A DNA stretch of 63,387 bases, filler included, from Reticulomyxa filosa (lineage: Eukaryota; Protista; Foraminifera): NCBI GenBank assembly GCA_000512085.1. It is 16 parts of 16 records of this genome, joined end to end, with 100 filler letters (N's around TTAATTAATTAA, not from the genome) between each part and the next. Parts side by side here need not be neighbours in the genome. Positions count along the whole stretch, not along the records: positions 46,149 to 59,490 come from ASPP01037602.1; positions 59,591 to 60,628 come from ASPP01013723.1; positions 60,729 to 62,268 come from ASPP01033422.1; positions 62,369 to 63,387 come from ASPP01028772.1; 12 more parts are not named here. One strand, written 5' to 3'. Position 1 is the first letter of the stretch, and every line of letters starts with the position of its first letter. Position numbers and translations under genes: made by a program. The notes under the pieces are model-generated. The model was not told where the DNA came from and did no database searches. It saw only the letters and a program-made list of their open reading frames with translations. Positions 51,738 to 63,387 of the stretch are shown piece after piece.

Positions 51738-54700
51738 ATGGTCAGTGACATTGATTACGCAGAAATGATAAATTCAATGAAATATTATGGCAAAGCAATT
51801 GACAAAACTATCAGCAGATTGTCGCATATATCGTCAGTATCTTTTCAAAGTAAAGATTATTGTAGCAATGACGCTGTTGCACGCATATGCTTTCCTATTA
51901 ACAGTGCAAAATGCTGTGGAGGGATGCAAGACAATATTGACAATGTCAGAAATGAAGAAAATCGGAACTATTCAAAAGAAATAAAAATACTAATGCGACT
52001 TTTTGGAGAGCTGATAAATAAAGAAGACCTGCAACAAAAGATGGAACAATTTGAGGGAAAGATCGAATTGGTGATTAAGGATCTTGTCCAACAATCGTTT
52101 GAAAAGCAGGTACAAATAACTATATCGTCATTTTATTTTATTTCCTCTGTCATGCACCCACCTCCTTTTTTTTTTTTTTTCTGCCCTATTCAAAATTAAA
52201 AAAAAAAAGAGTAAGTTGGAATCAGAAAGCAAAATCAACGAATTGAAAAATATGGAAGAGGTAAATTACTTAAATTTTTTTTTTTTTTTTTTGCAAGTAA
52301 TGAATGATTCTTGATGTCGTTTAATCTTTGGTTTTGTTTTGTTTTGTTTTGTTTTTTTTAAAAAAAAAAACAAAACAAAACCAGAGACAACAAGAAGGAA
52401 ATATGATAAATGATATTGATATGAATGGACATATGAATCACAATAGCAAAAGTGAAAATGTACAAAAAGAAATAGAGAAAACGGAAATTGGAGAAATAAA
52501 ACCGGGAATTAATCTGCAAGGATATTGTGTGAATGAAATCTGTTTGGCATCAAAGGCAAAATTACCGGTATGGATTAATATTGGATTTGATGATATTGCA
52601 TTTGCTCCCAATAATTCATCTTTTAGCTGTCCTGATTGCAAAAAATCGACAGTCAGTTTTATTGCAAAAGCAATGTTTTACAATTCTGAATATTCGATTT
52701 GTGCAAGTGGTGATTCAATGCTTGTAAAGGACAACAATTATCAATGCTCATATACAATCAAATCTGGACTGTCATATGAATTAAAAGCCAACAAAATTAG
52801 ACAACATGCAGCAAATATCGAAGACTTACGAGAAAGAAGTGAAAATGCAATGAACAGTACTGAAATTCAAAATCTGATCACCGAATTACAAAAATATGAA
52901 ATCACTGTGGTAAAGCCACCCGATTTAAAAGGAAATGAAAGGCTATTGGAAAAGATTCAATCCGATTATGGCGGTGATTTTAATCAGGCATTTGATATTG
53001 GAAGATTTACAATTTTATGTGATAATCCTACCAAATTACAAACTGCTGTTGCAGTCATGAAAAAAGCAGAACAATTTCACTTAATTGTATCTGAAGATAA
53101 AGATTTCTTTAACAAACAGTCAAGGACGCATCATCGGTTCCATAATATTAAATTGTATGTTCCAAAACATGATGTATATATTGAAATGCAAGCAACATTG
53201 AAGAATTTTACAACGTTGGAAGGATATACTGTCATTGAAAATCCAAAGTTGAGTCATTTATTTTATGAACATATTCGAGCATGGAAGCCTAATAATCAAT
53301 CAGAAGAGGAATTGAAACAAGCAAGTGATGAAACATTGACAAAGATTAATGATATAATCTGTGAATGGATTGATGCAAAAGAAGTCAAAAAAATTGCAAA
53401 TCGTTACAAACCACATTCAGAAATTCGAATATTAAAGCCTCCAAAATTAAATGGAGTGACTGAAGAGGATATTCATATCAAAAGAAATGTCTCATTAAAA
53501 TTAACCAAATTTGTGTATGATCAACTTTGCAAATTCGATCCATTGAAAATGAAAGGACAAGCTATTTATGTAGTTTTATTTGAGTATTTCAAGAAACACA
53601 TTATGGGTGAAATGAATCCAGCAAGCTGTGCTGATGTTGTATCACTATTGAAAAAATCAAGAAAACAAGAATTAGAAGATGATACAACAATATTACAAGC
53701 TCTCGAAACATATGTGCCATTGCAAGCAAATGATTATGCACACACAGACAATGACGTCAATGAAAAAAATGATTCATATGATTGTCGTCAGCACATAATC
53801 GATTTCCTAGTGGAACAAAAAGAAGAACAAAAAAGTGAACAGAATAAACAAGTTAGAGTAATGGTTTTGCAAGGAAAGTCAGGATCCGGAAAAAGTCTAT
53901 TTTGTCGTCATTTAGAAGAAGCATTGTGGGAATCATATATAAATGACCCTTCTGCACCTATTCCAGTTTGCATATCATTACCAAAGTGTTACAATGAATT
54001 GAATGAAACACAAATCATTTCTCAAGCACTACAAATGAAAAATATTAATAAAGAGATAATTGATATTATTCGTGAAAATATTTCATTTGTATTTATTTTA
54101 GATGGGTTTGATGAAATATTTGACAAATATTATAAAAATAATAGCAATAATAATGAAAGATATTTTTATGATCGTTTCAATTTAAATGAATGGAATGCAA
54201 AAATTTGTCAGCTGTCGAAGTCATGTGTTAAACGATGAAGATATTCAACATGTTTTAATTGGTTCAAATAATTCAATCACATCAATGGTACATTTGTGGC
54301 CTTTTTCAAAGGAACAAATGAAAGGATACATTGATAAATTTGTGAAGATAAACAAAAAGAATAAAATGAATGATAATTCAGATTGGACAACACAGCAATA
54401 TGAAGAAACATTGAAAAATTATCCAAATTTGAATAAAATGATGGAAGAGCCATTTTTACTTCGAATGATATTAACTGTATTGCCATCATTAATGAAACAA
54501 CATCCAATTGGAACTAAAATATCAAAAGCACAAGTTTATGAAGCATTCAATGAACAATGGATTGATATTCACGTTAAAAACGTTTCCAATAAATTAGCAG
54601 AATTAAGGATTCAAATTTATCCTAAAAAAATTAAATCAGCTTTTCAAAAGTATTGTCGAAATCTAGGATTTGAAATGTTCATTCAAGAGAATCAAGTTGC

Positions 54701-57664
54701 AACAGAAATTTCTGGCGATATAGAATATGAAAATAATGAAAGCACAGTTGTAAATAATAACGAGACTGATAGTGTAGTTGTAACAACAAAAGCCAAATGG
54801 AGGAAATACTTTCGTGGTAGCGTTTCAAAATATATGTCAAGAAGAATTGACGATAACAAATATCAAGACGCAGATGAAAACGTGGAAATAAAAACAAATA
54901 CGACTGTAAAAATAAAAGATATTTGGGAAAAGTACTTCAATGGCGACAGTATTGCTAAATATGTATTACGAAGAATTGGTGATAATAAATATCAATTTTT
55001 ACACAAATCATGTCAAGAATATTATGCAGCACAAAAAATCATATCTGATATCATTTCATGGAAACCTAATGCTATTGCTGTTGACAATCAACAATTTCAA
55101 CAGCAATTTGAAATACATACCCAAAAGTTATCTATAAATTGTAAATTATTAAATGAAGAATTAGGTATTATTCAATTTATCGCAGAAAGAATTCATGACA
55201 GCAATCCCATGTATGTAAATTTAAAATCAAGATTGTTCCGAATTATTGAAGTATCGAAAACAAATGAAAATGTCTGCATTGCTGCAGCAAATGCTGCTAC
55301 GATTCTTAATTCAGCAAATGTAAATATGCATTATCAAAATTGGAGTAATATCAAAATTCCGCATGCAATTTTAGATCGTGCATTTCTTGAAGGAAGTAAT
55401 TTTACCAATGCAAATTTAGATTATGTTAGCTTTTATCAAACTTTTTTAAATAAGGTTAATTTTACAAATGCATCAATGAATGGAATTTATTTTGGAGAAT
55501 ACGCATATTTAAAAGGACACTCAAAGAGAATAAACGGAATTGCATTTTCACCAGATGGCTCCAAACTTGTATCGTATTCAAATGACAAAACTATTCGGAT
55601 GTGGGACATATCATCAGGAAAACAGCTTCATTTATTGGAAGGGCATCCAAATTTTATTAATGTAGCACAATTTTCACCTGATGGCTCTAAACTTGTATCA
55701 TGCTCGTTGGATGGCACGATTCGGCTGTGGGACGTATTATCAGGCCAAACGATTCAAATATGGAAAGAGCATTTGGATAAAGTAAGCGCAGTGCAATTTT
55801 CATTGGACTGTTCTAAGCTTGTATCATCTTCCTGGGATAAGACCATTCGAATATGGGATACATCATCGGGAAAACAACTTCACTCATTCAAAGGCCATTC
55901 AAAAGGTGTAAATGCAGCACAATTTTCACCAGATGGCTCCAAAATTATATCATGTTCACTTGATAGAACTATTCGGATATGGGATATATTATCAGGAAAC
56001 CAACTTCACATTTTACGCGGACATTTAAATGAAGTAATCGATGTGCAATTTTTATCAAACGAATCGAAAATTATATCCTATTCAAGCGACAACACTATTC
56101 GAATATGGGATGCATTACATAAGAAAATGCAAATATTGGGAGGACACACAGATGCTATTAATGGAATTCGATTATCATCAGATGGGTTAAAAATGCTGTC
56201 ATATTCAAAAGAGAATACAATTCGAATATGGGATTTATTGTCTAGAAAACAAGTTCAATTATTGGAAGGACATTCCAATAGTGTAGAAGCAGCGCAATTT
56301 TCACCAGATAGTTCTAGAATTGTATCTGGTTCTTTTGATAGAACAATTCGAATATGGGATGTATCATCCGGAAAGCAGCTCCAGGTAATAGAAGGACATG
56401 CAGGTGCTGTGCGTGGAGTAGAATTTTTTCCAAACGACCATAAAATTTTGTCATATTCTGACGATGGAACAATTCGCATATGGGATGTAATTACAGAAAG
56501 AAAAATTCAGTTAACGGAAGGACATCTAGCTACTGTAATAAGCGTACAATTTTCACCCGATGGTTCCAAAATTGTATCATGCTCACAAGATAAAACAATT
56601 CGATTATGGGATACATGGTCAGGGAGGCAACTCCAAGTTTTAGAAGGTCATTTAAATGGTGTACATGGAGTACTATTTTCCCCAGATGCCTCCAAACTTG
56701 TATCATATTCCAACGATAAAACAATTCGAGTATGGGATGCATCGTCTTGTAAACAGCTTCAAGTATTAGAAGGACATTCAAATTATATCAATGGTGTTGA
56801 ATTTTCGCATGATGGCTCTAAAATTGTTTCTTGTTCTAGTGACCATACCATCAGATTATGGTGTATGTCATCAGGAAAGCTACTCCAGTTATTGGAAGGA
56901 CATTCAGACTTTGTAAAAGGTGCAAAATTTTCATCAGACAGTCTAAAGAATTGTATCACGATCATACGACAAAACCATTCGTATATGGGATGTAGCATCT
57001 GGAAAGCAGCTTCAGATATTACATGGGCATTCAGCTAACATAAATGGAGCACAGTTTTCACCAGATGATTCCAAAATTGTGTCGTGTTCAGAAGATAAAA
57101 CTATTCGAATATGGGACTCGTTATCAGGGAAACAACTCCAAGTATTAGAAGGACATTCGGACTACGTAAGGTCTGTACAATTTTCTCCAGACAGCTCTAA
57201 AATTGTGTCATGTTCTTATGATAAAACTATTCGAATATGGGACCGCATTGTCCGGAGAACAACTTAATATATTAGAGGGGCATTCAGATCACGTATGGAA
57301 AAGCTCAATTTTCATCCGACTCTTCGAAAGTCATATCATATTCACTGGACAAAACTATCCGAGTTTGGAGTGTATCTTCCGGACATCAAATCCAAATACT
57401 GGAAGGACACACAGGTGATATACTCGGAATACATTTATCGCCCGATGGCTCAAAAATGTATCATGTTCAGGAGATAGAACAATTCGATTATGGGGAATGA
57501 TAATACAAATAATGGATGTAACACAGGCTAGTTTGATCAAATGTATTTGGCAAGCAGGTATTCAAAATAATGGCTTATCAATGAAAGATAGCATTTGGAA
57601 AGATACAAATGGTTTGATATATCAGCAAATATCTCTTATAAAACAACGTGGAGGAAGATTTTAA
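51738..57664 (+). CDS. NLR-like STAND protein: helical N-terminus, Cys-rich domain, RelA/SpoT-like nucleotidyltransferase, NACHT NTPase, pentapeptide repeats, ~16 WD40 repeats; exons 51738-52109, 52210-52260, 52385-57664 with about 6 apparent indels
   Basis: Walker A GKSGSGKS, Walker B FILDGFDE, sensor VSCR, EPFLL, WHD FLHKSCQEYYAA; AAANAATIL + pentapeptides; C-terminal LIKQRGG; upstream K.NER..EK..DY.GD...DIGRFTI...EMQ. Confidence 0.85.
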
Positions 57665-57959
57665 TATCTTTTTTTTTTAAGAGGACATTGTGATACAATG
57701 ATGTTGTTAATAACCAAACCATTTTTTTTTTTAACTTTTTTTTTATTTGATAACAATTGAATCTTTTGTGACTGCAAATAATTCAATGTACAAAATTTTT
57801 TGAAGGAAAAAATGTTTATGATTAGATATTTTTGTAATTCTGTATTTCATAAAATGTGTATAATATTTATTCAATTCTTTTAAATCTCTTTTCCAGAATT
57901 CACATTTCATTACCTTTTGTTTTATCATAAAAATAGGAAAATTTAGCACGTAGAAAATA

Positions 57960-58125
57960 TCTACTATTTCAATTCTATTCCTGGGTTTTGCATCCTATGA
58001 TTAAATGGTAGCATTATTTAGGCTCAACAGTAGTTCCATCCAGTGAAAACTCTGCAATATTAATCCAAGTAGAATATTCATTGGAAATTGGATTTGTCTT
58101 CCCAATATTATATTCCATATTCAAA
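57960..58125 (-). pseudogene. Small WD40 relic
   Basis: EYSTWINIAEFSLDGTTV is readable at ~58030-58080; surrounding frame is broken. Confidence 0.45.
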
Positions 58126-58819
58126 ATGAAAAATGTACAACTCCAATTCGTTTTCGTTTTCTGACTTAAACTTAAAAACGCAAATGGTCTTGAATGTAAG
58201 TGACCTGTTTCTGAAATATTTGAAGCAACTTACAGCTGTGGTGTCGTCATCTCTTTTTTATTTTGACGATGAAACTTTTTTTTGTTGTCGAACTTTATCA
58301 TTTTATACGTCTCAATTTTATCCTTTTTTTAAGTGCTTTGATTCCCCCATCAGTCAAATAATTTATTTTAAAGGAAAGCACAAAAATAAACACAGCAATA
58401 GAAAAGGTGAAAAATACATAGATAAGAAGTTTTGTTCCCTTCAACAGCCTTTTTCTTTCAATATCTCTTCTCTCTCAACAAAATTTTACTTTTTGAAAAT
58501 AAATCTTCAAAGATTCCATGTGTTGTGTAAAATTTGTTTTATTTCAATTTTCTTGAGTCAAACAAAGTTTTCAAAGTAATAAGATGTCACTGAATCTAAA
58601 CATTTAAATATAATACAAACTGTCAAATATATGGACTCATTGCTTATTTTTCGCAATGTCCAAACAGGATTATTTTTTAAAAGCGCATAATTAATGTTTG
58701 ACCACTTCACAATCTTTCGAAAATAAACATGTGCACAAACTTTTTCAAACACGTATTTGTACATTTTTTAAAAACACAAAAAAACGCTCGTAGCAAAAAA
58801 AAAAGGGGGAAAGGTTAAT

Positions 58820-59340
58820 ATGAACGATCATTATACTATGAAACCATATACTCGACGAGGTAATCCAAAAACATTATGTAGTTTCATCTTTTTTTTTTAG
58901 TAGTAGTTTTTCCTGTTTTTTTTTTTTTGGAAGTGTGAATAAAACCAAAAAAAAAAAACTAACAAGGAGTTGCGGGGTTCATGTCCAGAGGGATTATGTA
59001 CAACAGTACGAATATAGTAATAAGCCTAGTGAACCTGCCAACATATATGTACATATTGATAAACTTGTATGAAAAGGAAAGAGTGATATTGTATAACTTG
59101 AGTTTGGTGCAACTACTATTAGCACAATTGGTGTATTGCACGGCCTATGTACATCGATATTGTGGAGGACAGAAACCATTGAAAAAAGTGGTGTACTTTA
59201 TAGCCCTACTTCCAGTGGCTTGGACAGTGCCATTTCTGTTTTACTATAAAGACAGGGAATGGATGGAAATCGTCCCATCAGCTCGTGAGGGCGTACATCC
59301 CCATCATCGGTCTCCATATTTTGTCAGGCGGAAAGTGACC
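58820..59340 (+). CDS. Partial membrane protein, family not recognised
   Basis: Hydrophobic segments in ORF 58981-59448; small upstream exon ending at a GGTAAT donor (~58860). Confidence 0.45.
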
Positions 59341-59674
59341 AAGTTTTTGTTTTTTTTTTTGCTTTCCTTGCTCATAAATCTCTTTTTTTTTTTAAAAAAA
59401 AAAAAAAAATGTATATGTACATACATATATGTATATGTACACATATAAATGTAATAAATATACAATAAATACCAAAAAAAAAAAAAAAAANNNNNNNNNN
59501 NNNNNNNNNNNNNNNNNNNNNNNNNNNNNNNNNNTTAATTAATTAANNNNNNNNNNNNNNNNNNNNNNNNNNNNNNNNNNNNNNNNNNNNCAGTTTAAAA
59601 CTAGAAATTTTTTTTTTAATAAAAAAAAAAAAAAGGGGGGAGATCTAACTTGAATTATTTTTTTTTTTTTAAAG

Positions 59675-60590
59675 TTGAAGATTGGACCGAAAAAAAAGAA
59701 AGCAAAGACGAATGGAGTGATGCAATGATGAAAAGTTTGGATGAGTTGTGTTATGTGATAACGCAATTGCCCAAATGCAGCGAGTACATATTTTGCCCGC
59801 CGTGTTCGAATAGTTCGACACGTGCGAATAATGTGTTGAGTGAGTATTTGTACTTGATGTTGCATCGCAATTACAACGACGATCCCGTGAGACACAATGC
59901 AATGGAACGAGCGCAGCAGAGTAAGTTCAAGTCGACCCCATTTCCACAAATGCAATACTTGGAAATGACGATCGAGCCTCCGTTCCGCGTCGACGCAATG
60001 AAATGGTTGTGTCAACTGTTGAGAGACCACTCGACCTTGCGTTATTTCAATTTGACCGTGGCGTTTTCAACATCGAGTTTGAATGTAAATCATAACATCA
60101 ATGACAATGATAATGATAATGACAACGACAATGCCTTAGTGCTGTCGTTGTTGGAACAGCTCTTTCAACAGTTGTCACTTAACACGAGCTTGAAGAAGTT
60201 ACGCTTGTCGTTCCAACTGCCTTCAAGTCGATCGCTCAAAGCCAGCGCCAAGCAACACATTGCCACCGTCCGAAAAGAGTTGGTCTATCTTCTGCTGAAG
60301 CACAAGCAGTTGAAGTGTCTGGATATTGATTTGAGCAGCCAAGCCAATTGGAGAATTTTCGATATTGATCAAGACATTCATCATCATCATCATCCTCCTC
60401 CTCCTCCTCCTCCTCCTCCTTCTCTACCTCTACAAACAAATGCTACGCAAATCTCGCTGGATAATGCCATCGCCGAAAATGGAAATGACGCATTTGACAT
60501 GCGGCCGTTGCTGCAAATGTTCAATCCCAAGTCGACTTTGTATCAGCAAATGTATCACTCGTTGACGTCGATGTCCACAGGTGCGTTTAC
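59675..60590 (+). CDS. Internal exon of an LRR/RNI-like protein with poly-H/poly-P and ND repeats
   Basis: LRDHSTLRYFNL, LSLNTSLKKLRL, KHKQLKCLDIDL resemble RNI-like LRRs. Confidence 0.55.
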
Positions 60591-60728
60591 AATACACCGC
60601 TTACACAGTGTGTAATATTATATATATANNNNNNNNNNNNNNNNNNNNNNNNNNNNNNNNNNNNNNNNNNNNTTAATTAATTAANNNNNNNNNNNNNNNN
60701 NNNNNNNNNNNNNNNNNNNNNNNNNNNN

Positions 60729-62130
60729 GAAGTTTGAATCTTTAGCAATTCTCGAATGGTACCCGATATTTTGTCAATTTTCATTTTATTTTCCTCTATT
60801 GATTTGGCAAACTTTCCGTCACATCCCCACGTGCCCATTTCACTCCATACTGTTTTCCAGTATATTGGAGTTTTACTTTCCCATCCTTGCAATGTATTTT
60901 CCATATTTTGCATTGTATTTTCGATATCACTCCATCCTTTTGGGATTGACTCATATGGCTCTATTTTTATCGGAACTTCCGAAATTTCTGGAATAAAGTA
61001 TGGTCGTTCGACTTTCATTGTTTCAATTTGTTGTTTCAATTTTATTGTCTCTGTTAACAACTCATTCGTTTTTTTGTTCAGTGCTTGGTTCTCATGAGTT
61101 AGATTTGTTATATATTGTGTTTGCTCTTCTATTAATTTTGATTGCTTTTCTTTTTCCCCCACGTTCAATAGTTGTTGCATGCTCACGTGCATGGGCTTTT
61201 TTTGGACATATCCATTGATATCAATTCCACCAAAGTTATGTATAGTATTGTCTTTATCTATTACGGCAAAGGAATCCCAATTTTCTATTGGCAAAGTATC
61301 CTCACATTCGCTCCATGTTTTATATTTCATGGAATACTTCCACACTTTTTTATGTATGTTATTGGCACTATCCTTCCCTCCAAGCAAAAAGATATAATCA
61401 TTGTGATGTACAAACGAATAAAAATTGGAGTCCTTCAGGGCTGGACAAATAGGTAATTTTTCGTATTCAAATGTTCTGTTGTGTTCATTGAAGTTGATCA
61501 ATAATCCTGTATTATAGCAAAACAGTATGAAACAATTAGTTACACAATCATTTTTTATGGTCAATGGCACAAAACAATGATAATTAATTCCAAATTGATA
61601 GGTCTCTACTGGTAGTACATTTGTTGTGCTTTTGTTCAAAATGGAGCCTGTTTCTAAATTAATTACTTGAATTTTTTTTGGAAAGTGAGTGATAAACAAT
61701 AAATTATTGTCTTTTCCACCAATCAATCCACGCGCTCCCACTAAGTTATCTTCAAAGTCACCAATTTGGAAATGACATTGTTCCCATTGAGATTTGGCAT
61801 TAAAATTGCCCCAAACACTTTGATATTTCATTTTAAATGCGTACTTATCTTTTTTTTCGGGCTGTCCTCCAAAAGATAATAAATTAATTGTATTTAAATT
61901 GATTCGTGGATCAGACCATTGTAAAACACAGTGTCCATTGAGTTGAACGTTCTCAGGATAAGAGCACATGCGCCGGTATTTCTTCTTTTGAGTATGATAT
62001 GAATAACACTGGCCAGTGTTAGATCCCCCACAAATAAGGATTTCATCTTTGAACGCAATAGCCTGAGCTTTTTCAAAACCAACTGGCAATTTAGGCGATA
62101 TTTGGAAGCCATACGTCTTTTTTTGTATAT
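60729..62130 (-). CDS. Kelch-repeat protein with C-terminal coiled coil; cut at contig end
   Basis: EILICGG, CYSYH, GHCVL, GARGLIGG, YHCFV, IFLLGG, IHNFGG, then a heptad-rich segment. Confidence 0.88.
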
Positions 62131-62906
62131 GAAAAAATTCTGGAGAGAGCAAAAGTGAGGTGCGAAAAACGGAGCACCGAAGATATAGTTGTTTACTTCT
62201 ATTCAACGTTACACAAAATTATGCGCAAAAGAGAATCTGATTATATTTGTATATTGGCTTACTTCATGNNNNNNNNNNNNNNNNNNNNNNNNNNNNNNNN
62301 NNNNNNNNNNNNTTAATTAATTAANNNNNNNNNNNNNNNNNNNNNNNNNNNNNNNNNNNNNNNNNNNNGTTTTCAAGTGTTATCTTGTTCATTTTTTTAA
62401 GCCAATTTACAAATGTGTAAAAAACTATCTCTGCTGTATAACATCACCAGGATCGAGGTTGTAACTTTTTTTTGGGACAATTGCAAATTAATAATTGCAA
62501 GCGCTCAAATAGATAATTTATTTCGACCAAAAAAAAATTAGCGGTTGAAGATGAAAGGGGCTCATTTCTTCAATGTCGGAAAAAACGAATCTTAAACTTT
62601 TATGTACATATTTTTAAAACAAGTTTTTTTTTTTTTTTTTGCGATCCTCAAATCAATGCAATGTGTCGTGTGGGATTCGCACTTTGATTTTTTTTTTTAT
62701 TGCGCATGTTCTGAGAGAGAATTTTTTTTAAGAAGTTTCTATGCAGATATTCTGTTGCTCGTCCAATTGTAAAAAAAAAAAAAAGTATTTTTTCAAAAGC
62801 ATTGTGCGTATATAAATGAAGAAAATTCACGCATGCTTTTTTTTTTATAAACATATCTTTACAAAAGTGTGTAAAAGCACAGGGGGGGGAAAAAAAAAAA
62901 AAAAGC

Positions 62907-63200
62907 TCACGTATACGTGGGAGGATTAGTGAGATAAGGAGAAGAAGTAGGAACGGGCGTAACAACGTTAACGTTAATGACTTGGGTTTGTGTGGCTTCA
63001 ACAACAACAACAGCTTGGACGCGACAATAGACTTCTTTCTGAAAGTAATAAGCGCATTTGCCCGTTTTCGAATCCATCCAATACCGATATGGGAGCGACA
63101 AGCCAATCAGAGAAATCAGCACAAACCAAGTGGCCGACATCAGCACGGGACGAGCTCCTGGTTCTGACTCACATAATAAGTGCTTTTTCAGTCCGGGCAA
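62907..63200 (-). CDS. C-terminal exon of a second TMEM151-family protein
   Basis: LPGLKKHLL..WFVLISLIGLSLPYRYWM..KEV corresponds to the TMEM151 C-terminus. Confidence 0.65.
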   Translation of the reverse strand: MPGLKKHLLCESEPGARPVLMSATWFVLISLIGLSLPYRYWMDSKTGKCAYYFQKEVYCRVQAVVVVEATQTQVINVNVVTPVPTSSPYLTNPPTYT

Positions 63201-63387
63201 CTTTTTTTTTTTTTTTTTTTTAAAAGTAAAACAAAGGCAAATCAAAAAAAAAAAATTGAAATGAGTTATTTAAATGTGCTTTGTTTCATGGGCAGCCAAC
63301 CAAGGTACGTATACATATATGTATACGCACATATTTTTTTTTTTTTTTGTATACGTATATAGGTATGTAGGATTTTTTTTTTTTTTT

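Noticed and set aside
1-63387. rRNA, tRNA, CRISPR arrays, transposase or reverse transcriptase genes
   Set aside because: None recognised by eye; tRNAscan-SE, Infernal and RepeatMasker would be needed to exclude them.

Overview
This window is not one continuous locus. It is 16 unrelated contigs joined by 15 artificial 100-bp linkers (44 N + TTAATTAATTAA + 44 N), so gene neighbourhoods across linkers mean nothing. Fourteen contigs are AT-rich, intron-containing eukaryotic DNA. Their expanded Kelch, WD40 (SPLQSNN..IGVIGGNGYTICSGS type) and TPR families, plus an EFL elongation-factor relic, point to a foraminiferan, most like Reticulomyxa filosa (inferred from remembered family motifs, not a search). 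Two contigs (21874-22997, 23098-24758) are GC-rich bacterial DNA, probably co-sequenced bacteria. Best candidates for an interesting system: (1) an NLR-like gene at 51738-57664 with a Cys-rich domain, a RelA/SpoT-type nucleotidyltransferase effector, a NACHT NTPase, pentapeptide repeats and about 16 WD40 repeats; (2) a bacterial two-gene operon, DUF4258-like putative toxin + catalytically degenerate type I HsdM, under a palindrome-overlapped sigma70 promoter, resembling an R-M decoy defence module; (3) a conserved ~33-aa phase-0 cassette exon (HWIR..GWI.EF) in five WD40 loci, one of which joins a Kelch propeller to a WD40 propeller; (4) a protein with CE-clan (Ulp1-like) cysteine protease catalytic spacing. 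All domain calls are by eye from motifs and need HMM or structure confirmation.
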